Part shown: in pieces, positions 48,908 through 58,603 of the stretch
How the letters are laid out: every line of letters starts with the position of its first letter
Numbering within the stretch: the first letter of the stretch is position 1
Assembly: GCA_043811535.1 (NCBI GenBank)
Contig: JBDRNC010000011.1
Location: forward strand, 1 to 59,480
Direction of reading: 5' to 3'
Length of the DNA stretch: 59,480 bases
Source of the DNA: Elusimicrobiota bacterium
Lineage (GTDB): Bacteria > Elusimicrobiota > Endomicrobiia > Endomicrobiales > JBDRNC01
Notes under the pieces: generated by a model
The model's input: only the letters and a program-made list of their open reading frames with translations
Databases searched by the model: none
What the model was told of the DNA's origin: nothing
Translations under genes and position numbers: made by a program

Positions 48908-49576
48908 ATGAAGTTCAGAAAACTGATGAATTCTGCACCGGGAAAACCGAGGAAAAAGAGACATAACTGGACTTTGGATGAGAGCAAGTATCTTGCCAAA
49001 GAGGAGATCAGGAAGCTCAGGAGATGGTGTATCAATGCACGTGATAATGCGATATCGCGGTATGAATATCTTCCTGTCCGGGACTGGTTTATGGTTGAGG
49101 TTGGGCTGAATGCAGGGCTTAGGGTCGCTGAAATGGCGAATATGAAATGTTCTGATCTATTTGTTAATGATGAAAAATGCTCGATGTCAGTTGTGGGTAA
49201 AGGGCACAAGAAAAGGACAATTGTAATCAGCAAGTTCTTTAAGAAATGCTGTCAGCGGTTTCTTGACTGGAAGCATAAAATGGGGCAGAGCATAAACCCT
49301 GATTCTTATGTTCTGACAAAGGAAAATAACAGGAAACTGACTACAAGGGCCTTGCAGAAAGCGTTTAAAAGGTGCATGGCGAGAGCAGGGCTGGCAAGCC
49401 ATTATTCAATTCATTGTCTTCGCCATACCTATGGGAGCCATTTGTATGTGTCAAGCGGCCACAATCTCCGGCTTGTCCAGGAGCAACTCGGTCATTCGTC
49501 TGTCCGCGTGACAGAGGTTTACGCAAGCGTGATGAATTCGGACGCGAAAAAAGCGGTTGAAAAGCTTTATCGCTAA
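48908..49576 (+). CDS. Small tyrosine recombinase, catalytic domain only (FimB/FimE-sized)
   Basis: GLRVAE, GKG.K, HCLRH, LGHSS and T.VY motifs; 222 aa. Confidence 0.9.
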   Translation: MKFRKLMNSAPGKPRKKRHNWTLDESKYLAKEEIRKLRRWCINARDNAISRYEYLPVRDWFMVEVGLNAGLRVAEMANMKCSDLFVNDEKCSMSVVGKGHKKRTIVISKFFKKCCQRFLDWKHKMGQSINPDSYVLTKENNRKLTTRALQKAFKRCMARAGLASHYSIHCLRHTYGSHLYVSSGHNLRLVQEQLGHSSVRVTEVYASVMNSDAKKAVEKLYR

Positions 49577-49598
49577 TATTTGAAAGGAGGATAATATT

Positions 49599-51218
49599 GT
49601 GTATAGAAAAATTATGTCTTTTTTAAGCATTTTACTCATTCTTGTTCCATGTTCATTTGCAGACATACATTTTGGCATGACAAGTGCTGTAAGGAAAAAA
49701 ATTAAGGATTTAAAAGAAAAAATTACTTCCGAAAAGCAAAAAATAATTACAATAGAAAAGATTTCTGATTCCAATGGGAAAGTGTCATTTACATTGCCAA
49801 ATGGTGAGACTGTTACTGTCAGACTTGTAAACCAGCAGACAGCAACACCGGTAAATGACATAAAGGTAATTCTTATAACTGACCAAGAATGCAAGGAAGG
49901 GGCATATCTGATAGTAGACACCAAAGGAAGATATTTGCCAAGGATTGTTAACTGCTACGAGAAAACAAATCAGACTTCCTCGGGTGCTCCACGAAAAGCT
50001 GTTTTCAGTTATTTAACCAAGGAAATACCTCTTTTTGTAAAGGCAAGCATTAATGGTGATGAGGGATACCCCCTATTTACAGATAATGTTCCTATTAAAA
50101 TATCTAGTTACATCCTAACGAATCCCGATTATTTTACTTTTTGGAGAAGTAGTTATTTAAAAGACCTTCAAATAAATGTGAGAGATTTTGTTGCAGGAGA
50201 GGCAGTGGGTTATCTTGCAGGGGCAGCTGTGGCAAGTATTCCATGTCCCTTATTAAGCGGAATACTTTTAGTAACTGGTACTCTCGGGCTTTTAAATACT
50301 GCAACTCATGAGTATTGGTATATATTATACAAAGTCATGGGTTATAATGATTCAGATATGTTCGACATATATAAACCAGGACCAGTCTTCTTATCAGCCT
50401 TCGTACTGCCAGTAATCTATCCGCGAGATCCAAACGCCCCTTTTCCATCCACTGTGCGTTCCTTTAGCATAAGCGGCAAGATTACTGATGACCATGGTCT
50501 GCTGGTCGAAGGTGCAGATGTTGCATTGGTTCCTAATGGCTCAAAAATAACAACTTCGAGCGATGGGAAATACTCATTTTCAGAGATACCACTTTATACA
50601 ATTGAACATACAACAATAACATTAGTGGTGTGTAAAATAGGATATCAGCAAACTAATCTGAATGTTTCAATACCACCAACAAGCATATATGGCTTAATCT
50701 TTGAAAATCAGGACATAGTTTTGAAGCAGTTGGTTTCTTCTGAATATGAATACAGATTTACATTATACTGGGATGAAAATCCGTTTGATCTTGATTCACA
50801 TTTATGGACGCCTGCTATTTCAGGAACAGCATATCATATTTATTTTATGAGTAAGGGAAGCCTTACTTCAGCGCCCTATGCAAATCTGGATTTTGATGAT
50901 ACTACAAGCTGGGGTCCTGAAAATGTCACAATTAAGACACTTTATCCTGGAACTTACAAATATTCTGTTCATCATTATGCCGGCACGGGTTCGTTGACTA
51001 CTTCAGGAGCATATGTGGAAGTTTATGATAAGGATGGTTACATTGCCACCTATAATGTGCCTACTTCAGGCAGCGGCGTATACTGGAACATATTTGAGCT
51101 GGATGGAACTACAAGGCGTATTACCGTCAATAACTCAATATCTACTGATCCCTCTATATCATACTCGCTCAGATTAGGACAATCAATGAATGAAATATTA
51201 CCAAAAAAGGAGAAGTGA
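49599..51218 (+). CDS. Secreted protein with carboxypeptidase-regulatory-like and YfaP-like domains
   Basis: Signal peptide; ISGKITD...DGKYSF; W...DLDSH...LD.DD...GPENVTI...G.Y...VHHY. Confidence 0.75.
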   Translation: MYRKIMSFLSILLILVPCSFADIHFGMTSAVRKKIKDLKEKITSEKQKIITIEKISDSNGKVSFTLPNGETVTVRLVNQQTATPVNDIKVILITDQECKEGAYLIVDTKGRYLPRIVNCYEKTNQTSSGAPRKAVFSYLTKEIPLFVKASINGDEGYPLFTDNVPIKISSYILTNPDYFTFWRSSYLKDLQINVRDFVAGEAVGYLAGAAVASIPCPLLSGILLVTGTLGLLNTATHEYWYILYKVMGYNDSDMFDIYKPGPVFLSAFVLPVIYPRDPNAPFPSTVRSFSISGKITDDHGLLVEGADVALVPNGSKITTSSDGKYSFSEIPLYTIEHTTITLVVCKIGYQQTNLNVSIPPTSIYGLIFENQDIVLKQLVSSEYEYRFTLYWDENPFDLDSHLWTPAISGTAYHIYFMSKGSLTSAPYANLDFDDTTSWGPENVTIKTLYPGTYKYSVHHYAGTGSLTTSGAYVEVYDKDGYIATYNVPTSGSGVYWNIFELDGTTRRITVNNSISTDPSISYSLRLGQSMNEILPKKEK

Positions 51219-51224
51219 TAAATT

Positions 51225-52055
51225 ATGAAAATAAAATATCGGGTTTTATTGGCATTATTGCTTATTTCAATTATTCTTATAGCCACTAATCAAATTCATG
51301 CTGTAAGTGTATCAGAAAGGCTGAGCTTGGGTATAGGATATCCTTATGTTTCCCTGAAGTATGGAGCAGGAAAAGAAACGAGTATTGAGTTGCGTGGGGC
51401 TTTTGATTCAGGTATAAGCATATATGGCGGAAGGTTTTATTATAATTTTTATTCAAAGGGTTATGTATTAGGCTTTGCGGGAGTTGAAGCCGATTGTTTG
51501 ACATTTGACGTAGATTCACTCCAAGGTAATGGATGGATTATTATGCCGTTTATTGGCGGAGAGTATTTTATTAATAATAATTTGAGCTTTGGTGCAGATA
51601 TAGGGCCGGCTTATATAAATGTTCAAAGTAAGGCAATGAATAAGGATTTTATTGCCGATGGAATAGAAATAGTATGTAATCTCGCGATAAATTGGTATTT
51701 TGACACCAACCAAAATAAATCAAAAACTGAAAAAATAGATTCTTCAAAAGAATCAGAGCAAACTCAAGCTAAAGATCAAACGGATAATAAAGCCGAAGAA
51801 ATGAAGATTTCTATAGTTGGAACTATAACGGATGTAGATGGACATCCTGTATCGAATGCGACGATTAAACTCATTAAAGAAGATGAAGAAATTATATCGG
51901 TTAATAGCTCGGAAGATGGAAAATATAGAATGGACTGGATTATTCATGGATCATATAATATGATTGTATGGAAAAAGGGTTATAAAATAGTACGTAAAAG
52001 TATGTCTACAGGTAAAGCGATAACCATCGATATAATATTGGAAGAAAACAGATAG
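51225..52055 (+). CDS. Putative outer-membrane beta-barrel plus carboxypeptidase-regulatory-like domain
   Basis: Signal peptide; alternating strands ending INWYF; G.ITDVDG.PV..A motif. Confidence 0.65.
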   Translation: MKIKYRVLLALLLISIILIATNQIHAVSVSERLSLGIGYPYVSLKYGAGKETSIELRGAFDSGISIYGGRFYYNFYSKGYVLGFAGVEADCLTFDVDSLQGNGWIIMPFIGGEYFINNNLSFGADIGPAYINVQSKAMNKDFIADGIEIVCNLAINWYFDTNQNKSKTEKIDSSKESEQTQAKDQTDNKAEEMKISIVGTITDVDGHPVSNATIKLIKEDEEIISVNSSEDGKYRMDWIIHGSYNMIVWKKGYKIVRKSMSTGKAITIDIILEENR

Positions 52056-52056
52056 A

Positions 52057-52087
52057 TATTGCCTGTCTTTTAGGACAATGCCTTTTA
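52057..52087 (+). repeat. Island motif copy A (TTTYAGGACAA)
   Basis: 27/31 identical to 57039-57069. Confidence 0.75.
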
Positions 52088-52109
52088 ATATGAATTTTGA
52101 AACAGCTAT

Positions 52110-52673
52110 ATGCAAAATGAGGATGATAGCTACGAGTGGGTCCTTGGAAACGCCCGGCGAAAGGCATTTCTTTTGTCCTTTGATAGACCTATGATAAAAT
52201 CCGAAATCAACGCGAAAAGTGCCGCTTTTACGTCAATCAACAGCAATATCAGGCTCGGAGAGTTTTTGAAAAGGAATTTAGTAATATGCTTAACTCCCTT
52301 AATCAAAGAAGGCAGGGTTTATGGCCTTTCAGAAGAGGGGAAGAGTATTGCAAAAAGGCTTTCAGAGCCATTGCATATAAAATATGACTACTCTGAGCCT
52401 GATATTGACTGGGGTCTCTACGGTAAAATAGCCTGTGGCAAGCGGAAAAGGGCAATATTAGGTGATATTGTTGAAAAAGGACGTATTACTACCATTTCCA
52501 ATCGTTACAGGGCGCGTGCCGAGACTATAAAGGGCACGCCGAGAAGCTATAAATACAGGATTATCGGCGAATTTCTTAAATCCGCGCTTGTGAGAAAGGT
52601 TATTGAGAACAGCGCGCCGGTTTATGTGCCGACAGAGAAGGCGAAGAGAATTAAGGAACTATTGCAGAGTTAA
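52110..52673 (+). CDS. Hypothetical protein, probable tandem winged-helix domains
   Basis: Two similar halves (Y..V.G..R..FL...EF....LV...VY.L/P.E.GK). Confidence 0.6.
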   Translation: MQNEDDSYEWVLGNARRKAFLLSFDRPMIKSEINAKSAAFTSINSNIRLGEFLKRNLVICLTPLIKEGRVYGLSEEGKSIAKRLSEPLHIKYDYSEPDIDWGLYGKIACGKRKRAILGDIVEKGRITTISNRYRARAETIKGTPRSYKYRIIGEFLKSALVRKVIENSAPVYVPTEKAKRIKELLQS

Positions 52674-53935
52674 GAATGATTCTTTTTGTTTTTGATATAT
52701 AATTTTACTAGTTCTTTACTTAATCCCTTTTCAATTATTCTTTTTGTAATCAGTTCCTTTAGTTCAATATCTTCTGAAAGCAGTTTTTTTGTTATTTGAT
52801 CAATTTCTGCCTTTTGTTCATCAATTTTAATGACTGTCTGCATGTCTATTGGAGAACTGCATGATGGGCAGAACAAGAAGTCTTTTCTTACAAGAATCTT
52901 ACATCGTGGGCATTGCCTTACCTTTGGATCTTTCTTTTCCTCTGTCGGTTTTATTCCGTGAATCTCAAGTATTACATTATTGACATCTTGCGAAATCAGG
53001 TGAGAATATTCTGAAAGCATATTACTACTTGGTGTCCACCCAAAATATACCTTTGCCTGACTTTCATTTATTTGCTTATTTGTTAATAGGTGTGTTACTC
53101 TGCTGTGTCTAAATAAATGAGGGTATATTCTTTTTTTAAGTTTTGCCTTTTTAGCAAGCCTTAATACGACTGCTCTGAAAGTCTGGTACTCCATTCTTCT
53201 GTTTTTATTTCTGTCTCCAATCATTACCCATAACGGCGTGCTTGGGTCGTTCCTGAAAGGATGTTCATTTAACCAAGCTGTAACAAAAGGCACTGATTCT
53301 ACTATTCTTGGTGTCCTGTGCCCAGTCTTGCCGTTTAAATCTACTATAAGGCTATACTTGTCTTTGGAAATATCTCCTATTCTTAATGTCCCTATTTCGC
53401 CAATTCTTGCCCCTAATTCGTAAAGCATTGCAACAAAGGCTTTGTCCCTGGGATGTTCTGCTGAATCAATCAGTTTCTCGACTTCTTTTTCAGTCAGTAT
53501 TTCGGAAGCCTGTACTTTCGGTTGCTCTTTTCTTTTTACATGGACTCGTATCCAGTTTACTATTTCAGGATATTCCAGTTTGAACTTGTAATCATCTCCG
53601 AAAACAAGCCATTTATAAAACTTCTTGATAACAGATTTATAGCTGTGTTTAGTCCACGGGGAATAATCTTCTTTTGAATCCAATTTCAGAACAGTGTTTT
53701 TGAGGTCATCTTTATCAGCCTTATCAAAATCTTTTTTAAGATAGTCTTTTACAATAATTATCAGGCTTCCTATTAGCTTTAACCTTCTAGGTATTCCTAA
53801 TCCTTCAAGCTGGCATGCCTCATCAAACTTCTCTATCATCTTTTTGTTTTTTGCAGAAATTTCTACCTTAGAAAGGTATTCCTTTGCTCTTTCATATTTC
53901 AGGTTGTAGCTGTGGATATCCTTAGCAGGCTTCAT
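52670..53935 (-). CDS. Tyrosine integrase with C-terminal Zn ribbon (archaeal-looking type)
   Basis: GARIGE, GKTG.R, PHLFRHSR, FGW...S.M...Y.H and CPRC..CPSC motifs; N-terminal DIH.Y. Confidence 0.9.
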   Translation of the reverse strand: MKPAKDIHSYNLKYERAKEYLSKVEISAKNKKMIEKFDEACQLEGLGIPRRLKLIGSLIIIVKDYLKKDFDKADKDDLKNTVLKLDSKEDYSPWTKHSYKSVIKKFYKWLVFGDDYKFKLEYPEIVNWIRVHVKRKEQPKVQASEILTEKEVEKLIDSAEHPRDKAFVAMLYELGARIGEIGTLRIGDISKDKYSLIVDLNGKTGHRTPRIVESVPFVTAWLNEHPFRNDPSTPLWVMIGDRNKNRRMEYQTFRAVVLRLAKKAKLKKRIYPHLFRHSRVTHLLTNKQINESQAKVYFGWTPSSNMLSEYSHLISQDVNNVILEIHGIKPTEEKKDPKVRQCPRCKILVRKDFLFCPSCSSPIDMQTVIKIDEQKAEIDQITKKLLSEDIELKELITKRIIEKGLSKELVKLYIKNKKNHS

Positions 53936-54210
53936 AAATAAGAATATGGCCACTACTATATAAAGCCTTCGAAGTATACTAGTAGTTTAACGCCCCGAGC
54001 GGAAGCCAAACGACTTGTGCACTGTGCGGGCTTCGGGTTTATAGGCGCTGTAGAAGCGAAATTTCAGGTTATTGCTCTATTTTGCTTAAATACTTTTTCC
54101 TGTTCATATAATGTTCTGCGATGATACTAAACCATGCCGGTAAATGATTATTCAAATTATTTATGTCCTTGTAATTTTCACTTAAAGATTCATATTTTCT
54201 GTATTCCATT

Positions 54211-54366
54211 TTAGTAATACTCTGAATTTTTGTCATATCCGTTGCAGGTGTAGTAGTATTTACGGGATGCTACCATGTGGCTCAGGATATGCTTTATTTC
54301 TTCAACATTGTGGTCTATCTTTGTTATTGATTTCTGGCATTTCTTTTCAAGATTATCGTTTGTCAT
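54211..54366 (-). CDS. Possible small hypothetical protein (51 aa)
   Basis: ATG about 40 nt downstream of island motif copy C; no recognisable family. Confidence 0.3.
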   Translation of the reverse strand: MTNDNLEKKCQKSITKIDHNVEEIKHILSHMVASRKYYYTCNGYDKNSEYY

Positions 54367-54403
54367 CGTAATTATGGAGTTAAAACACTTTTCTTTAAAT
54401 ATA

Positions 54404-54417
54404 TTGTCCTGAAACAC
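54404..54417 (-). repeat. Island motif copy C (inverted)
   Basis: Reverse complement gtgtttcaggacaa is identical to 57047-57060. Confidence 0.75.
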
Positions 54418-54433
54418 GGGTGTGGGGAAGTGA

Positions 54434-56461
54434 CTATACGAAATTCGCGACGCTGGTAGCAATCACTTTTTTGGTGTTAATCAGCCCTGCTTTTTTAAGC
54501 TCTTCATTTATTTTTGATTCAGTGTCCTGGCTTGTTGCAATGGATATGACAGTATCACAGCCATGCTTGAGACATTTTAGGATGTTTTCAACTGCTCTCC
54601 TGCTTTCTGTTTCAATCTCTATTGCAATGCTTTCGTTGATTTTCTTTATTAGCAGGTCAGCATTCCCGTTGACAGGTTCTTCAATTCTTATAGAATAGCC
54701 TTTGTTTCTGTAGTATTCAGCGATTTTGTGTTTCCAGTACCTGTGCTCAAGACTTTCATTGCTGTATTTTACATTATGTCCGGCTTTGTTCAGTAAATCA
54801 GTGGCTTTGAAAGTTAGATGCAATGCCTTTATCATTCCTTTTCCTGTTGTTATCTTTCCTGCATGAATTAATCCATCATCAATCAGCTGATTCTTGATTT
54901 TGTTTCCTTCCCTTACATTCAACCCGAGCCGGTCATACCTTTCGATTATGTTTGATGTTGGATTCTCGTAAACATCTATCATGAATTTTCTGTTTTCGGG
55001 GGGTATTTCACTTTTTTCACTGCTATGGGGCAGAGTATCATGGCGGGTTGAAATACCCTTATTTACGCTGAAATCCCTTTTTGCGGGGCTGGAAGAGCTG
55101 AAATACCCCTTCATACTGTCTTTTACTATTTCATCGGTTATAAGCCCCTTTGTGATAGGTACAAGGGGAAATTTGACGTGACAGGGATCAATCCTGTTCT
55201 TTATTTTCAATATCCCTTCGCCGACTTTCAGCTTGTCAAGGTAGTTTTCCTGGCCGTTGGCAAGAAACAATGACTTCTTCGAGGCATAAATATCATCGCC
55301 ATGCTGCAATCCGAGAGTTATCTGCGTGTGGCAGTTGCCGAGGATGTAAATAGGCAGTAAGCTTGTGTGCTGAGTTATGCTGACAAGGCCCTGGCCAAAT
55401 CCACGTATCTCCCTGTATACATTTTCCAGCGACGAGAGAGATTCCTTCTCTATTTTGGATTTCGGAAAGAGATTATGTATTTCCTCGATGAACAGAACAT
55501 GCCTTAGTTTATCGCTTTCCATTTGTGAAAGCCTGTAAAGATGAATCCACCTTAATATGATTTCAGTAAAGAAAGTTCTCAATGGTTTTGGAAGTTCCTG
55601 GTCAAGCTCGAATATTACAGGCTTTTCGAGCAATTCCTCAAGTTTAATGGGATGCCTGACATTAAAACAGACAGCATGGGGGCCAAAAGTAAAGCTTTTC
55701 AATACTCTTGAAGCAGATTGTTTCCAGAGCAGTTCCCTTGCATAAGCGTGTGTTTTTTCGAGTTCCTTGAGGCCGTCATAGAAGTTGGGGTATTTGTCAG
55801 GCTGACCGATTGTAAATCCTGCTTCACTGAATTTCTTTTCATACAGTTTCATGAAGAAATCAGCTACGCCCATTCCTGCAAGATGCGATCTTTCAAGCGC
55901 CTCTGTTATTATTGCAAGCCATGTTTTCCAGTGAACATTTGGCGGCGGCCTGAAAGGGTTCCAGAAAAATGGAGAAGTCATACGCCCCACAGAAAATATC
56001 TGCACATCTTTCAATTCAGGGAATTTGTCTGAAAGACTCAGTAAATTGCGGTAACTTCTTTTCCAGTCAATAATTATGAAGGGTATCTTTTTCTTTAGCA
56101 GATTCAGGGCAAGAATCATGGCCAGATTTGTCTTGCCTTCGCCTGTAATTGAGAATATGCCTATCTGCTTCACAAAATCGCTTTCATTCAGGCCAACAGA
56201 ACACACTTCCTTATTGTTGTACAGGACATTTCCAATAGGAAATTCTCCTTTTGCTGATTCTTTGTCGGGCGGGCTTAGAAGAATAGGCTCGTTGCTGACA
56301 TCTTTTTGAAGGTGCTTGAAATATAGAACCTGCAATAGTTCCTCAAGTTCTTTTCTGCCTTTCCAGTCTTCTGTAAGGTATGTTTTCCAGAGAATATCAG
56401 CTCTCTTTCCAATTACGGGCTTGAGCTTCTTGCATATTTCTTCCGGTGTAAGGTTATTCAT
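54434..56461 (-). CDS. HerA/VirD4-like (DUF87) ATPase fused to wHTH and PD-(D/E)xK nuclease
   Basis: SITGEGKT Walker A, IIIDWK, FIEEIH Walker B, EIRGFG..ITQ; C-terminal H.YW...E...ADL...IAIEIET. Confidence 0.8.
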   Translation of the reverse strand: MNNLTPEEICKKLKPVIGKRADILWKTYLTEDWKGRKELEELLQVLYFKHLQKDVSNEPILLSPPDKESAKGEFPIGNVLYNNKEVCSVGLNESDFVKQIGIFSITGEGKTNLAMILALNLLKKKIPFIIIDWKRSYRNLLSLSDKFPELKDVQIFSVGRMTSPFFWNPFRPPPNVHWKTWLAIITEALERSHLAGMGVADFFMKLYEKKFSEAGFTIGQPDKYPNFYDGLKELEKTHAYARELLWKQSASRVLKSFTFGPHAVCFNVRHPIKLEELLEKPVIFELDQELPKPLRTFFTEIILRWIHLYRLSQMESDKLRHVLFIEEIHNLFPKSKIEKESLSSLENVYREIRGFGQGLVSITQHTSLLPIYILGNCHTQITLGLQHGDDIYASKKSLFLANGQENYLDKLKVGEGILKIKNRIDPCHVKFPLVPITKGLITDEIVKDSMKGYFSSSSPAKRDFSVNKGISTRHDTLPHSSEKSEIPPENRKFMIDVYENPTSNIIERYDRLGLNVREGNKIKNQLIDDGLIHAGKITTGKGMIKALHLTFKATDLLNKAGHNVKYSNESLEHRYWKHKIAEYYRNKGYSIRIEEPVNGNADLLIKKINESIAIEIETESRRAVENILKCLKHGCDTVISIATSQDTESKINEELKKAGLINTKKVIATSVANFV

Positions 56462-56984
56462 ACTGCACCACTCCCTCAAGGCTGCTTCCTGTAATCAGTT
56501 GTTTCTTTCTTGAATTTGACTTGTATTCATTCATGCCGAACATTAAATCTTTTCTTAACAACGCAAGATCGCGCCAGCATGATACTTCCTGCTCTCTTTT
56601 TTCCTTTTCTGAACTTTCTATTGCTTTCTCGATATCGTTCTTTGCCTTTGTTACATCGAAGGAATAGCTGTTTGCAAAAAGGTCCTCGATGTTGAATAGC
56701 CTTGTCCTTTGGTTGCTTATGCCGTATTCGATGTTTTTGAGATTGTTTTCCTTTATGGCTATTCTTTCCTTTATCTGGGAAATTATATTCAGGACAGAGC
56801 TTTTTGCCAGTGCTGTTTTGTCGGAAAACAGAAGGTCAATTTCGTCAGTGTAATCAGCCTTGGACTGCATTTCAATAAACCTGTTCAGCAGGCTCAAATC
56901 CTCTTTGTTTGCGTATGCCGGCAGAAAGCCCTTGCTGTATTTGCTGTCAGGGTTCAGTTTCTCTTCAAGTATTTCGTATTTCAT
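56454..56984 (-). CDS. Coiled-coil hypothetical protein
   Basis: Helical and charged; overlaps the ATPase start. Confidence 0.7.
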   Translation of the reverse strand: MKYEILEEKLNPDSKYSKGFLPAYANKEDLSLLNRFIEMQSKADYTDEIDLLFSDKTALAKSSVLNIISQIKERIAIKENNLKNIEYGISNQRTRLFNIEDLFANSYSFDVTKAKNDIEKAIESSEKEKREQEVSCWRDLALLRKDLMFGMNEYKSNSRKKQLITGSSLEGVVQYE

Positions 56985-57038
56985 CTCTCTAAAGTGGTAA
57001 GCATTTCCTTAAAAAGAATGTCCTGATTCTTGGTTGTT

Positions 57039-57069
57039 TATTGCCTGTGTTTCAGGACAAGGCTTTTTA
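57039..57069 (+). repeat. Island motif copy B
   Basis: tattgcctgtgtttcaggacaaggcttttta. Confidence 0.75.
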
Positions 57070-57227
57070 TGCAGATTTCCTGTGCTGGTGAATGGGGAAG
57101 CTGTTGATAGTTGAAAGCAGGATCAGGGAAGTGACAAAGGGAATGAGCATTTCCCCGGAGTTCTTCTCTGTTTTAAGCGCGAAAGTCGCGGAGTTAGTCA
57201 ATGAGTCAAAAAGGAGAGCAGAACAAA

Positions 57228-57377
57228 ATGGAAGAAAAACATTGCAGTCAAAGGACCTGTGAGAAATGCGGTGAAGGGGACGAGGAAAGATTAATCGAGT
57301 ATGTCCATGCCGGACAGGGCAGAATTATCAGAAAAGGAACCATTTGTTTCAATTGCTGTTTTTCAGATCCTCTATAA
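57228..57377 (+). CDS. Small Zn-finger protein (49 aa, not in ORF track)
   Basis: AAGGAG SD; MEEKHCSQRTCEKCG...ICFNCCFSDPL with two CxxC. Confidence 0.55.
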   Translation: MEEKHCSQRTCEKCGEGDEERLIEYVHAGQGRIIRKGTICFNCCFSDPL

Positions 57378-57572
57378 AGCGATTCACTTTCAGGACACTC
57401 CTTAAATACTTCCTTTCATTTCGTAATTTAACTCAATTCAAAAAGCATGCGAGTCTCATAAGCAGACTCAATTCATGCTTTTTTACGGGATTATATTCCC
57501 AAAATAGTGAAATTCTTTTGATGTATTCAGAATTATGAAAAACAGGCTGTTTGCATACAAGGAGTGTTATTT

Positions 57573-57899
57573 ATGAACAGTTTTTCGTGTTCGGGAAAAG
57601 TTATCAAGGTTGCAGAGCCTTTACTTTTAAATGAAGGCAAGACAGTTGCGCTCAGGTTCACAGTTGTTGCCGTGAACGGTCAGCTGGATTCCAGTGGAAA
57701 GCCCAGGGTCGATTTTATTCCATGCATAATATTCAATCCTGTTGATGAAGTCCAGGAGATATTTTCAAGGGATAAACTGGGATTCATTGTTGAGTTCAGC
57801 GGAAAGTTAGCAACAACAAACCTGTCCAGCAACGGCAAAAAGAGTTTCAGGACAGAAGCAGTTGTTTATCCAAAATCCCTTCACATGCTGAAGGACTAA
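57573..57899 (+). CDS. SSB-like OB-fold protein
   Basis: MNSFSCSG, FTVVAV, DFIPCIIF, G..V...G.L.T; no acidic tail. Confidence 0.75.
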   Translation: MNSFSCSGKVIKVAEPLLLNEGKTVALRFTVVAVNGQLDSSGKPRVDFIPCIIFNPVDEVQEIFSRDKLGFIVEFSGKLATTNLSSNGKKSFRTEAVVYPKSLHMLKD

Positions 57900-57944
57900 T
57901 AATAAAGCAGACAGCCTGTTTTATCTTTGCTTCGCGGGGTGATT

Positions 57945-58412
57945 ATGGAAGAAATAATGAATGAAAGAGAGGAGTTGCTGTCAAGAAAGCAAGAGGCATT
58001 CTTTAACAGATTGCCGGGTTCAATGTTCTGGAAAATGTTGAAAATAAATGATGACAATTACAGGAAAGCAGTTGAATTTGTTTCAAGGGAAATGAGGAAA
58101 GGGGAGAAAAACAGCATGGATAAAATGCAAAGAAATGACCTTCTGAGAAGCAAAATCCCGTGTGTTTCGAAGCCAGATGCTCTTGTTGTCACATCAGGCA
58201 TTTATGATGGATTTTCAGACAAGGAAGTTGCTGAAATCATGCAGAAGGTTAAGGATTTCAATGAATTTAATGAAGGCAATGACCCATGGAAAGAGCATGA
58301 TTTTGGCTCGTTTGTTTTCAAGGAAAGGAAGATATTCTGGAAAATAGATGACCTGAATGGAGAGGAAGGCTATGGTTTGGTGCTCACAATCATGCTTGCT
58401 GAGCAATACTGA
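57945..58412 (+). CDS. DUF3768-domain protein
   Basis: ND.LR, F..F...NDP..EHDFG, FWKID and VLTIMLA..Y motifs. Confidence 0.85.
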   Translation: MEEIMNEREELLSRKQEAFFNRLPGSMFWKMLKINDDNYRKAVEFVSREMRKGEKNSMDKMQRNDLLRSKIPCVSKPDALVVTSGIYDGFSDKEVAEIMQKVKDFNEFNEGNDPWKEHDFGSFVFKERKIFWKIDDLNGEEGYGLVLTIMLAEQY

Positions 58413-58423
58413 AAGGAGGCCGG

Positions 58424-58603
58424 ATGAAACCGCAAATGAAGTTGTTGTACAGCCCAAGGATCAAGGACACACTGATTCCCAAGATTTACGGGGTCGCAAG
58501 GGCAATGAAGAAGCCAATGACAGAGATTGTAAATTCAATTCTTGAAAGGGAGATTGATAAAATGCTTCCTGCAACAGGGCCGCTGGAAAAAGAGCAGTGC
58601 TAA
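58424..58603 (+). CDS. Small ribbon-helix-helix-like protein (59 aa, not in ORF track)
   Basis: AGGAGG SD; MKPQMKLLYSPRIKDTLIPKIYGVARAMKKPMTEIVNSILERE... Confidence 0.7.
   Translation: MKPQMKLLYSPRIKDTLIPKIYGVARAMKKPMTEIVNSILEREIDKMLPATGPLEKEQC

Noticed and set aside
53985..54060. tRNA gene next to the integrase
   Set aside because: No cloverleaf or TTC loop; only a short resemblance to an acceptor end
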